A stretch of 64,000 nt of DNA. Source: Octopus sinensis (taxonomy: Eukaryota). The stretch is taken from assembly GCF_006345805.1 (NCBI RefSeq), contig NC_043005.1:74090001-74154000 (forward strand), given 5' to 3'. A program made the position numbers and the translations under genes. Shown here piece after piece: positions 1 through 14,200 of the stretch. A model generated the notes under the pieces. The model saw only the letters and a list, made by a program, of their open reading frames with translations, had not been told where the DNA came from and made no database searches. Each line of letters starts with the position of its first letter. The stretch's first letter is position 1.

Positions 1-283
1 GATACACAACAACAACTGTTGATTTTGATGCTCAAATAATACATAGATATTTTTAATGCAAATGAAAATGCTTAAATAGATAACAATTAAGCAAACAAAA
101 CAAAAGGAAGCATCACTACAGAAATGTAACTTCCTAGAAATGCATTTATTGGATTCATTCAGCCTTTATAAATACCAAAAAGCATTTTTTTCTTTTCTCT
201 TAAATTCACTCTTACTCAGTATCTATTGTAAGAAAATAGAGGAAAAATATTTTTAAAATTCAAGAAATATTGTGATATCTTAC

Positions 284-331
284 GTAATGTTGGTGTTGTT
301 TCAGTTGAAGTTAAAGTTGTTGTCTTTATTG
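284..331 (-). CDS. Exon 30 (phase 1-1): Thr-rich mini-exon [15 protein letters not shown]
   Basis: Acceptor actttcag, donor gtaaga; 48 nt. Confidence 0.85.
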
Positions 332-1054
332 CTGAAAGTCACAAAGTTTTAAATGTGATTAGAACTGGATTTCAATATTTATAGAAATGAAATCAAATTA
401 ATAAACATTTTACTTACTAAGGTTAAATTTTGACTAATTAAAACAACAGTTTAATGGCATAGCATGATAGCTAATTAAACTAATAAATCTGAAGAAGCAT
501 TAATATTAAAAACAAAAATTAATATTCTTGTACACCTCTACGTTTAAATATTTTTCAACACTTAAAAAATAATAAATATCCACATACAAGTTTTAAACTT
601 ATAATTCAAGGCAAGAGACTTTTTAAAATAGACTGAGTTTCATTCGTTGGAATTGTTAAATACTTAAATATGAATAAAACAACAAATATATTGCAATTTA
701 TTATTAATTTTTTATAATATCATCTCCTTAGACAAAAGTCTAAGGAATGTTATTGTCAAAATTTCTAAATATCATTCCTTCTAATACCAAAATTAAATTT
801 ATCTCATGGTGATACAGTTTATAGTATGAATAAATATTCTAATTACATTATATAATATTACATAATCATTTGACAGCAGTGATGCTTTAGCCAAACAAAT
901 CAACCCCAGGACTTATTTTTTATTAAAGCCTGATACATATTTACCAGTCTCTTTTGCTGAACTGCTAAGATATAAGCACACCAAGATCAGTTGTTGAGTG
1001 GTGGTGAGGAAGAAACACAGACTGAAACACACACATACACACACAAACACACAC

Positions 1055-1130
<76 letters not shown>

Positions 1131-4100
1131 GCACATATAGATCAACAAAATTCTAAGTAGTGTTTTGTTGAATCCCTTTGCATTCTGCTTTTAAATCCAG
1201 CCAATGTCAACTTTTATTCTTCCTGACAAACATAAGACGAACACCAGACAACGAAATACCTAAATATCTGAGATTAGTGGTTAATAATACGATTATAATT
1301 TACAGTTACATGACAATTTGGTTAGTTTGATCTCTGGTCATTATATGTCATCAGAAATAAGACACAACACGAAATGAAAATCCGAGATCAGTCTGATTGA
1401 AATGTCTTGTATGAGTAAAACGGTAAAAATAGATCATTTCAAGACAAGAATAATAGTATATGTATATATTTATCATGTGTATCCCCAGTTAGAAGTCAAT
1501 ATCACATAATTCTAGTTTCAAATTTTGGCAGCAATTTTAGTGAAGGAGAAAGACAATTACATTGGTACTAGTGGTCAACTGGTACTTATTCTAATGACTC
1601 TAAAATGATGAAAAGCAAAGTCAATCTTGACGGAATTTGAATTCAAAATCTAATGAACCAGAAGAAATGCCACAAAGCATTTTGTCCAACGGAGGACCAA
1701 ATCCACCAGCTCAATGCCTTTTAATATAATATAACATTAGAAGTTAATAATATAAGTTTTATCCGTACTAAAGAGAGATGTTTACGTTCATTGATATTAA
1801 AATTTGAAAACAGCATTAACTCACTTGTACAGTGTGGAGGTTTTCTAATACAAGCACCATTCTGGAATGTATATCCTTCATTACAACTACAGACCTTGTT
1901 ACATTCCAAAGATACAGAACAGTCACTGTCACAAGTTTCCAAGTCACAGTAACACTTGCTAGGACATTCTGAAAAGCATATGAATTCACAAATTAGATTT
2001 AGATTATATAAAACACACACAAGAAAATAGGATACACAAAGGAGAGAGAGAGAGAGAGAGAGAGACTGACAGACATACAGAGACAGACAGACAGACAGTC
2101 AGACAGACAGACTGTCAGACAGACAGACAGACAGACAGACACAGAGTTGGGGTAATAAGACAGCTCAGTGAATAATATATTACATTGTCTACTCAGGAGC
2201 TTTGGCAGTTCTACAGGTTCCTTTTACTATCACTTAATCAAGATTAAGAGCAGTGCCCATGACCCTTTTCAGATCATTTGCAATTGATGGGAAGTATCCT
2301 CATACAGGAGTCTTTGCCCATGTATTTTCAACAAAGCACCAACCAATCGTGGCTGCTGCCAGCCTCCCCTGGCACCTGTGCCAGTGGCACGTAAAATGCA
2401 CCCACTACACTCACGGAGTGGTTGGTGTTAGGAAGGGCATCCAGCTGTAGAAAAACCTGCCAGATCAGACTGGAGCCTGGTGCAACTTCCTGGCTTCCCA
2501 GACCCCAGTTGAACCATCCAACCCATGCTAGCACGGAAAACGGACATTAAACGATGATGATGATGATGATGATGGGCTCTTCAAAAAGCACCCAAGGTAC
2601 CAGATGATGCTGTAATGGATTAAGTCTGCTCTGGCTGGTCATTCATTGCTTTTTGCAAGCAGAAAAAAAAAACATTAACAGTTTGTATTAGTAGGTTTTA
2701 GAAGATGCTAAAAACCAATTGGGAAATATGTAACCTTTTGCCAATAGATATCTCAAAGAGGTATAGTTAGTTTCTAAAAGCATTGACAGCAGTGTAAAAT
2801 TAATGAATGTCTTCTAATGTGTTCAAATTTCCTTAGAGTGCTGTATACAAATTTCCTCAGGAAGAAAATGGAGCCAATGAGCCAGTGTGTCTCCATCACC
2901 ATTGCAATGTTTTAATGCCCGTCCCCCATGCTGACATAGACTGGCCAGTTTGACAGGATCCACCAGATCAGTGGTCTGTGCTATATTTCAATGTTTACTT
3001 TGGCACGGTCTCTGTGTCTGAGTTCCCTTCTTAATGCCAAACACATTACAGAGTGTACTGGATGCTCTTTTCATTGCACCAGCAGTAGTGGGGTTGCTAT
3101 GTAACTTGCAAGAATAAGATACCTTCAAGTGAGAGAGAGAGAGAGACAAAAGTAGAGAGAAAGGCAGCTTTATACTACATGGTGTAAGGTTAAAGTGTTT
3201 ATAAGAACAAAATTGGGAACAGAATTAGTAGAGACACCAATTAAGAAAGGTTTTAAGGCCCTTACCTCCGATTGTTGTAGTTAAGGGGAATTCAGTTGAA
3301 CCTGCAAAAATGAAAACATAATTCAATTTATAAAAGAATGTATAAAATAATTACCACCAATTAGTATGTATGTATCTTATTTCTTTATTGCTCACAAGGG
3401 GCTAAACATCGAGGTGACAAACAAGGACAGACAAATGGATTAAGTCGATTACATCGACCCAGTGTGTAACTGGTACTTATTTAATCAACCCCGAAAGGAT
3501 GAAAGGCAAAGTCGACCTCAGCGGAATTTGAACTCAGAATGTAGCGGCCAATGAAATATCGCTAAGCATTTCACCCAGCGTGCTAACGATACTGCCAGCT
3601 CGCTGCCTTATGTATAAAATAATTACCACTGATTAGTATGTATGTATCTCTCCATCTATCTATCTGTCTATAAACACACACACACACACACAATCAGGAA
3701 CAGGCATGGTTACATAGATACAAAATTTGTTTCATAACCATATAGTACTGAGTTCTATCTCATCCTGTCAAGTGTCTTCTGCTGTAGCCTGGATTAAGCA
3801 ATGCCTTGCGAGTAGAATTAGGGAACTAATTGACAGAAGCTATATAGAAGCTTGTAGTGTGTGTATATGCACACACACAGAGGTAACACAATATTTCATT
3901 CATAAGTATTCATCTAACTCATGTTAGGGTGGAAAAACAGACATAAAACGAAGAATGAATGAACAAACAAATAAATACATTCAAGAATAGTATAAGAAAA
4001 GAAACAGTCTCTAAATGAAGTGGAAAGTTGTTATAGGCAAATGAATAACAAGAGAAATCATCAAAGGAAAAACTCCTGTCAAGCAAATATTTCGGGCTGT

Positions 4101-7100
4101 TAGTTGCTGACATTCCAAGTAAACAAGGCCTTTAGAGTGCTATGACTTCTAGGTGTCCTCCTGCAGTTTTTGAAATGTCATCTTTAGTAGGGATTGAACA
4201 AAAAGCTTCAGGTGGTCTTACATCCCTGAACAGTGATGTATATCACTTAGTCACAAAGGCCACTGCAAGAACTTGCATTACTCTTTACTCTTTACTTGTT
4301 TCAGTCATTTGACTGTGGCCATGCTGGAGCACCGCCTTTAGTTGAACAAATCAACCCCAGGACTTATTCTTTGTAAACCTAGTACTTATTCTATCAATAT
4401 CTTTTGCCAAACCACTAAGTTACAGGGATGTAAACACAGCAGCATCAGTGATGATGATGACACACACATATACATACATATATACGATGGGCTTCTTTCA
4501 GTTTCCGTCAACCAAATCAACTCACAAGGCTTTGGTCGGCCCGAGTCTATAGAAGTGCCATGCAGTGGGACTGAACCCGGAACCATGTGGTTGGTAAGGA
4601 AACTACTTACCACACAGCCACTCCTATGCGCTCATAAAATTAATGTGCAAGTGGCTGATCACTCCACAGACACACATAACCTTAACGTTGTTCTTTAGAA
4701 GATTCAGCATGACACAGAATGTGATAAGGCTGGCTCTTTGAAATACAGTTAATTACTCATTTCTACAGCTGAGTGGACTGGAGCAACATGAAATAAAGTG
4801 TCTTGCTCAAGGACACAACACGCTACCAGAAATTGAACTCATGATCTTTTGATCCTCAGCTAAATACCCTAACCACTAAATCATGTCTCTTCACAATTGG
4901 TTGAATATAGAAAACCTGAAAGGTAAGTTTTATGAAACCATGGAGTACTCCTGTCATTCTAATCAGGGCCAGCCCTAGGGTTGCTGGTGCCCTGGGTAAG
5001 CTGAATTTCTGCATGTACAAGCTGACAGTCATGGAAATTTCCTTGTCTTTGTCATGCCCTCCTTGGTGCCCCCTAGCACATGGTGCCTTGGGTGACTGCC
5101 CGAGTTGTCGGTACCTTAAGCCAACCCTGACTAATTAACTATCATATAAAGTAGATTACAAAATACTTTAAAAATTTAAATAATTACTTAATTGCTAAAT
5201 ACCTCAGAGGCAAATTTCATTAAAACCAAGCCAAATTAAATTAATTGTACTAAAATACCATACTATATCATATTTTTCAAAGTGCCTGACTTAAAAGATA
5301 ACTCAAAATTCAAAACTATTATAAATTAAATGAAACAAACCTGTAGCAGCGACACATGTCTCACAACAATCACCTTCAACTTTTTGAAGAGTAAAACCCT
5401 GAATTATTGAAGAAATAAAATAGTTACACAGTTTTAATATAATTTAAATTTAAAGAAAAATATTAGTACACAAACAAAACAATTTGTTTTTATCAAGATA
5501 GAAGGGCAAGTTCTTAAAAAGAAAGAATATACTAGGTTGCTTTGATGAAATATATTACAGTAAAGATTATTTGCCAATATAATGTGGCAGTCCTGGTTAG
5601 GACAAATGTTACTGTTTTTTAGCCCCAGGAAACATTGTCTCTGGCTGGCTATTAACACACTGTCTGTGTCCTTATATTTTTGAACACAAGCGTTTAGTGC
5701 CCCCACTAACTCCCTTGATCAAAAATGTAAGGACGCAGATAGTCTGTAGATAGCCAGCTGAAAATAATGCTTCCTAGGGCTAAATAACAATAACATTCAT
5801 CCTAACCAGGACTGCCACATTATGTTGGCAAATAATCTTTACTCTAGAGTACTGTTACTGAATGTTTCCCGTTCAGAGATTTAAAGATAATAATTTCTCT
5901 ATTTATGAAATACATTACATTTTTTCTAAATTTTTGTGGAGCCCTAAGACTCAAAAATGCCAATTATTCAGTTTCCATGGCATATAAGTGACTGAAATCA
6001 CAACATTATCCCTGAGCAAGGTGCCAGTTTGTTGCAGTGGGAGAGAATTACATTGACCCCTGTTTCTTGAATGATACTTTCTTTTATTGACCACATAGCC
6101 ATCACTCACTAGCTGAAAGAATGAAAAGCAAAGCTGACCGTGGCAGGATTTGAACTCAGAACATAAAGAACGAGAAGAAGACGCTACTAAATATTTTGTT
6201 TGACATGCTAACAATTCTGCCAGCTCACTAATTAGTCATTCGCTGTTATTTATCTTGGCAGTTGTTGAACATTTAGCTGTTTTGCCATAATATTTTTGAT
6301 GAAATATTTTGTTTGTTTAAGGTGGTGAGCTGGCAGAATTGTTAGCACATTGGTCAAATTGCTTTGCAGCATTTCATCTGTCTTTACGTCCTGAGTTCAA
6401 ATTCTTCCCTGGTCAACTTTGCTTTTCATCATTTTTGGGTCGATAAAAGAAGTACCAGTTGAGTACTGGGGTCAATGTCATCAACTTACTCCCTCTCCTG
6501 AAATTTCTGGCCTTGCGCCAAAATTTGAAACCAATATTTTGTGTTTGCTCAATTCATTTGTCTAAGAGAGAAGGTGGCTTAATACCAGGTGTTGAAAGGC
6601 TAAAGTATGATTGAAGGATAAAATAACTTGGTCATAATTAAGCTGGTCTTCAGAACATAAATTAACATAAACTTTTGAGAGAAGGTTTAAATTTAGATCC
6701 CTTTAAAACATGAAGGTTGCAACATAGAACCAGTAAAAGTGTTAAATAAGGCTATTGAAACTAAATAGGGTTAAGAATGTAGTTTGGCATTTTACATAAA
6801 GTCTTCACGGAGTCACATGTAAAAAAGCATGATTAGTTCCAAGACAATTAGAACTCATTATCCAAATGCAAAATGTATAAATAAACACACAAAATATAGG
6901 TTTATACTCACAGGTTTACAAATCAATTCTTTACAATTGTCTGAATGGTTGGTCTTCTGGATTTTGTTTCCAATACAGGCATACTGAACACAGAGTGGAT
7001 CACTGGTATCATTCCAAGATTCATATGGCTAACAAAAAAATATAGGGGTCATCATCACTACATTATCACAAACATCATTATCATTGCCACCCACAATCTT

Positions 7101-7318
7101 AGCACCATCATCACATTTATTATTATTATTTTTATTATTATTATTATTATTTCTTATTTGTGTGCCTTTCCTTACTACCGATCAGTCATATTGTGTGACA
7201 AAAGAACTCTGGCTGAAATACGATTAATGTAAAAAATAAAATAAAACTGAAGCAAATTAACACCAAATATATAGTGCATGTATTTTATTGGCTAAACTGG
7301 CAACATGACCAAATACAA

Positions 7319-7352
<34 letters not shown>

Positions 7353-7970
7353 GTTATTATTATTATTATTATTATATAGTAAACAATCTGACATGCATTT
7401 ATATAATTTAATTCTTTAATATTTAGATTACTCTGTCAAACGTATTCATATTGCTTTAAATTAATCATACATTATCTCATAGCTTCAGGATTTCAATGAT
7501 GTGACTGCTTAATTTTAGAATAACATAGTAGGGTAGGTGTGAGAGGCAAGATCTGGCCAGTTTCAACATAAGACAGGTCAAATATTTGGTCCAGATAGGT
7601 CAGTTTAAATGCTAAACGGTTAATGCAAGTTTTGTTTTGCTAGTTCGATAACCCTTTCATAACCATATTTCATTTACTTAAATGTGTGTTGTATGCATGT
7701 GTGTATGTATAGACAGAGAGATAAACAGATAGATACATATACAAATAGATAAGCATATATATATATATACAGAGTCAAGACCTATTGAAATGGTTGCAAG
7801 ATGCAATGAAAATTTTAGGAAAATAAAAATAAGAAATAAGTGGAAATTTTACCGGTGAGTGTGTTAAATTATAAGGTGCAAAAAGAAAAAGACTCTCCCC
7901 AGACACAACAGAATATGCTTCAATACACGAACTCATATAAAGAATCTTGCAAACCAAATCCCAAAACGAA

Positions 7971-8027
<57 letters not shown>

Positions 8028-9068
8028 TAATCTATATTCATTATTCAATGCTATCATAATGTGAATTAAATTATTTTATAGCTAGATCACCTGCAACCTC
8101 AAACTGTGGTCATTTCAGAATACTGTAGCAACAATAATTTATATGTTGCTCTAGTAAGTTTTCAACTCATAACCATATATTCCAGCTTCTTAATTTCATA
8201 GTCATCTTGCCTCATAAAAATAGTCAATTCCATGACACCATAAACAAGTGTCAGTTCAACAAATTGTGGCAACAAAACGTAAGTTTTGCTCTTGTAAATT
8301 TTGAACTCTTAACCATGTGACCTTATACTCAAGGCTCTTAACATTACAGTTATCTTGTTTCATCTATTCTTCCCTACCAGGGCCAGATTAAGAATCACAG
8401 AGGCCCCAAGTACTTAAAAGATTTTGGTACACCAGCATATAAACTATAATAAACCATGAAATAAATTTTCATTTTTCAAAATGAAACGAAACTAACAAAG
8501 ATGGGAAATAATATTTATTTTTGTATACTTCCCTTTTATTTATATTTGAAAAGTTATCTCCTACATTTTTTAATTGTAAAATCTTTGATCAGATCTTCAC
8601 TATGACACCATGACAACACTTTCAAAATTGTATTTCTGATCATATAAACCACTTCAAATATTATTTTAGTAAATTTAAAGTAATTTCTTTTGTGCTGTAA
8701 AACATTTACTATTTCTGTGGTGCCCAACTTTCCTTGATACCCGAAGCACGTGCTTATTTTGCACAATGATTAATCTAGCGTTGTTCTCTATTTACAAAGT
8801 AGTTGATGATTTACAGAACTAACCTTACGAATATTACCAAATTCATCTTGACAATTGCAGTCATTGCTGTCAATACAGACTGTGCCATTGAATGATGTCT
8901 TGTGCCCACATTCACAGCAGTTCTCCTCAGTTTTAGCATAACAGTACGTTCTGTCACTGTGGCAAACCTCTTTTTTCTACAACCGGTGCAACTTTTTGAT
9001 GGGTAGTCATAATTATCTTCATCACATACTTCTGTAAGTAATAAATGACAACATTGTATAGAGAGATG

Positions 9069-9118
<50 letters not shown>

Positions 9119-11170
9119 ATCACGTGATCACGTGACCGACCAGACCATCAGATGTTGTTACACATCGCTGGTCACAATGCGTTCGCATTGTTTTAGCCTT
9201 CGAATGACGCCACCCCGCTGGCTGAGCGAGCAGGCCATATATATATATATATATATATAAGATTAAATAAGGGTAGAAATTGACATTAATCAATTAAAAC
9301 CAGTGGCTTAGCATATTTTTAAAGATCCGAAGATTAAAAATTAAAAATTTTTTTACATTTTTTACATTTTGTTTTTTTGCTGAGATTTTTCTTGAGAACA
9401 CGTTCTTCGTGGTAATGGCAATTTGACATCTATGTTTAGCATATAGGCTGTCCACTTTTAGTGGTCAGTCCTCTAAATTTTGTATGTATATATATATATA
9501 TATATATATATTGGTTTCAAATTTTGGCACAAGGCCAGCAATTTGGGGGTAAGGGGTGTAAGTTGATTACGTCAACCCCCATCACTCAGCCAGTATATAT
9601 TTTATCAACACCAAAAGGCTGAAAAGGAAAGTCAACCTTGGCAAATTTGAACACAGAACATAAAGATAAACGAAATGCTGCTAAGCATTTTGCCTGGTAT
9701 GGTAACCATTCTGCCAGCTCACCACCCTAATATATATATATATATGTACATATATATATATATTATATATATATATGTGTATGTATGTGTATATATATTG
9801 ATGAAAATTATAAGAAATACCTTACAGAAAGTTAAGGAATCAATGCCATGTATGCTCCATTGAAATTTTGCATTACAAGTATGGTCAGCCATCCCTTGTG
9901 TCCAAGTGCTTTCCCTAATTCCTTTAAGTATCTGTATAGTCTTAAACAGAGATGGACACACTCTCAGCCCCAACTCAATTTTGATCCATTGGAATATCTA
10001 GGGTATGATAACTGGAGGGAGAGAGGGTAGAACCAACACCCAGCTCATACTCATTACAACTCGTTACAATAAACAAATACAACAGCTGTGTCACTGAGTT
10101 GAGGGTCCTAAAACTATGTCAGTAATATTAAAACAACATCCACGATTACATATTTCTATCGCATTTGAATCATTAGGCATGCAACAGTCATGTTATAGAT
10201 GTGATCAATATATATGTGTGATCATTATCTTAGTACTATATAAGGTGGTGAGCTGGCAGAATCGTTAGCATGCTGGGCAAAATGCTCAGCAGTATTTCAT
10301 CTGCCGCTACGTTCTGAGTTCAAGTTACGCCGAGGTCGACTTTGCCTTTCATCCTTTTGGGGTCGATTAAATAAGTACCAGTTACGCACTGGGGTCGATG
10401 TAATCAACTAGTCCCTTCCCCAAAAATTTTAAGGCCTTGTGCCTTCAGTAGAAAGGATTATCTGAGTACTATGTCTTGATAAAATGACAAAGTCAATAGG
10501 GGATTAGGTACAAAGCCTTGTGGTAATTTTTACAATTCTATGCAATACAGATTCAATTCCTGCCAACACCAGCTTTGCCTTTCATTTTCCTAGAATCCGT
10601 AAATACAATACCAGTCCAGGACTGATACTGGCAGAATTCATAGAATATAGAATAGATTGCTTTGCAGGAGCTGTCCTGGACCTCTGCATTCTGACAGCAG
10701 AATGGCAAGAATAATGGTACCAAGCTATATCAATCCTTGCTTTTCTCTCAGAGAACACAGGTAGAATGAATAGAAGAGACTAGTAAACATTGGCAATTGC
10801 TGGTCTTTCACAAAATAACCTTGTCTGTGTCGGCATCTTAGAGAAGGATTTTCCAAGTGTAGATCCATAATCCCATGAGATAAACAGAAACCCTGATATA
10901 TAATACAAGATAGTTGAACAGCAGTAGACTGGTAAAGATACCAATTACATACTTAGTAACGTTAAAATCAATGTAGTTTTGTTTGATATCAGAAGGATGT
11001 CAGCTTGCCACTTCCAGAATATTAGAAATATCAGGAAAAAGATAAAGATAAGTTATACTTACGAAATTAGATGATAATAATATAATCAAGCTGATACTTA
11101 CTAGTAGCTGAAATAAAATGAAAATAAAGTTTTATAATGGATTCATTATAATGTGTTTGTTAACAAGGCT

Positions 11171-11228
<58 letters not shown>

Positions 11229-14200
11229 TGCATTTACTTGACAATTGGTGAAATAGCTTTGTCTCTACATGAAGAAGCTAGATGTATGAAAGCTTTGAAG
11301 GTATTGCTTTAGAAGAGTAGCTACTGTTATTTAATTACTTACTGTGTTGAGCTACACCATGAGATATTATCTATGAGTTAGTTAAAGAGTCCATATGGAG
11401 TTTTGTGACCTACTAGAAATAGCAGCCAAATTTCTTTGAAATCACATCCTACTATCCTAAAAGTACAGGGAATAGATGGAATAACATGATCCTTTGAAAT
11501 ACACTTCTGCCTAAAAAAAGACTGGAAAGTCTCATCTGAAAAAACCTTTGATCATAGGTCTGTTGAAGTAGAACTCCTAGGAACTCCTTCTACATGAAAA
11601 CATACAGTTTAGCATCTAGCATACCTAATGCAATGAGTCAAAACATGTTTACCCAATGGAAATTACACCCACAATGAAGAGAAGAATCATCAGAGTTGAT
11701 GATAATTCTTGTTACAAAATGCAAAGGTAATAACTCTGAAATCTTAATTATCCAGAAACTTACTTCATTGACCACATAAATATCACTATTTTATATCAGT
11801 CCTGAGAATGACTTTAAACTGCATCCAGATGTGGGGAACTTAGTTTGGGAGTTCCAGGGATTGAGAAGTGTAAACCACCCTTTAGCCAACATTGTTCCCA
11901 GGTCTAATCTGACATGGTGTAGTAGCACATTTCAGATGCTCTCGGTTTATTAGTACATCACAATATTGACCCTGAAAGAAAGTCGCTCACAGAAAACCCA
12001 ATGGACCCAGAGCAGATAAGTCCCTTCAGCTCTTTAGCTGTTCATCTAAGAAAAGGTAACTCTATACAAATCCTGATTCTTGTTAACTACTAAACTCATG
12101 GCACTTTTTGTGCCAGACTAATATATGTTTAAAGGACAACTGAATGAGATTGGCTCTCCACAAGCCATGCCCAATATAATAATATTCATCACATTAATTG
12201 TTCAGGCACAGGCATGGATGTGTGGTAAGAAGCTTGCTTCCCAACCACATGGTTCTGGGTTCAATCCCACTGGGTGGTATCTTGACCAATTGTTTTTTGC
12301 TATAACCTCAGCCAGACCAAAGCCTTGTGAGTGAATTTCATCGACAGAACCTGAAAGAAGCCTGTAATGTGTGTGTGTGTCTGTGTGTCTATGTTTGTCC
12401 CTCACCACCAGTTAGCAACCAGTATTGGTATGATTATGTCCCTATAACTTAGTACTTCAGCAAAGAGACCAACAGAATAAATACTAGGTTTTGTTCAACT
12501 AGAACTCTTCAAGGTAGTGCCCCAGCATGGTCACAGTCAAATGACTGAAACAAGTAGTATATTGTTGTGATTTTAGTTTTGATCACGTGATTCTGATTGT
12601 CTCGATTGCAGTTATATGCCTGCAGTGTGACTGCACAGTTCCGTTCTGTTTGGGCACGATGTGTTCAGTGTTGATTTTAGTCGAGAATGTAGCAGCTTAC
12701 TGCATAAAAATGTTATTGTGTTGAAGTTTGATTTTGCTTACAATTTAGCAGTCTTTGTTTGTATTGTATATTGCTGTATTTTTAGTCGGTTAAATTGTTA
12801 TAAACCCAAACTTGAATATCAAAGTTTAAAAGGTAACAATTAGAATATAAAATATAAAACCAAAACACCAGCACCAACACCATCACACTTTCTGTATAAG
12901 AAATCTCAGTGGCTGTCTTTTGTTGAAACATCTTTCACAAAGTGATGACAAGTCAACATGGGTCATAGCTTATACCAATGCTAGCAGCCTGCCATTCTAT
13001 TATCTCAGAAACCTGTTTGTTTCAATATACAGTTGTGTTCTACAATAGTTAGATAATCATAATGATATCTTACATAGCCATAAGGCCTGAAATTTGGTGA
13101 GAGGGGAGAACAATCAATGATATCAACTCTTGCACTTTACTGGTACTACTTTTATCAACTCTGGAAGAATGAGAGGCAAAGCTGATCAAAAAAGGTTTTG
13201 AACTCAGAATGTAAAGGGCTTATCACTGAGAAAAAGACAAGATGGTTACAAGTGAATACCTTTGCTCAAAGGTCAGCTTGATCAGGACTGATATGGAGTT
13301 AAACATAAACAGCAGTTTTACAAGAGGGCATTGTAAAGTTCCAGGTTTCAAGTAAAGGAAAATACAAGAGGATCAGCTAATTATTATTTTATTTAACATG
13401 TTCCCCTCTCAGATTCACACACTAGTTGCAGCAGTCCTACAGCTTTTCTAAGCCCTGTAAAAGAACTTGTGAGGTTGAGCTTCCAACCAGGCCTTTCACA
13501 AAACCCTTAACCCTTTCGCTACTGTATTTATTTTGAGATGCTCTGTGTTTCTTTCAATTACTTTAAATATAACAAAGAATTTAGTAAAATAACTTAGTTA
13601 TCATTAAGCTAGTGTTAGGAATGTAAATTGTGACTAAGGCTTGGTGGAAGATTTTAACTCAAAACTTATGAAAACAAGACATTTTACCACATAACCAGAG
13701 CCGGTTTTGGCCAGATTAGTAACAAAAGGGTTAAAGCCTGAAACTTTTCAACACTTCCTTGTATATCTGGCTTTTGAGAATTTAATGTCAGCCATAAATA
13801 CAATGCAATATAAATATTCAAAAGCATTTCGTCCAATACTCTACTGAGCTGCCAATTAAAGATTTGATCATGGAATATACCTATGCTTTTATTTGATGTC
13901 TATGTGACAGCTAAATGCCAGTTGACAGGCAAAAGACAGCAGAAATATATTTATGCAGCAGGTCTTTACTTTCCTTTGAACATGGAACTTGTCATTTCCA
14001 ATGAGAAATGTCTTTTAAACTAAAACCAGAATTTTGGCAAAATGCGGAATAACATCACCAAAAAGCTGGCCAATAAAATTATATATAAACATTTCTAAGA
14101 TTTTCAAGTGAGAACATCAACACAGATCTATCCAGTTAGATTTGTTGTGGATCACACATTATAAAAGAGTAGATTAACAAAGATAGACAGTGTAAAACTC

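Noticed and set aside
11764-11801. Candidate minus-strand exon with strong gtaagt donor
   Set aside because: 38 nt long, with a stop (TAA) in the required phase-1 frame.
12563-12838. Possible solo LTR (TGTTG...TAACA)
   Set aside because: No matching target-site duplication and no second copy in the window.
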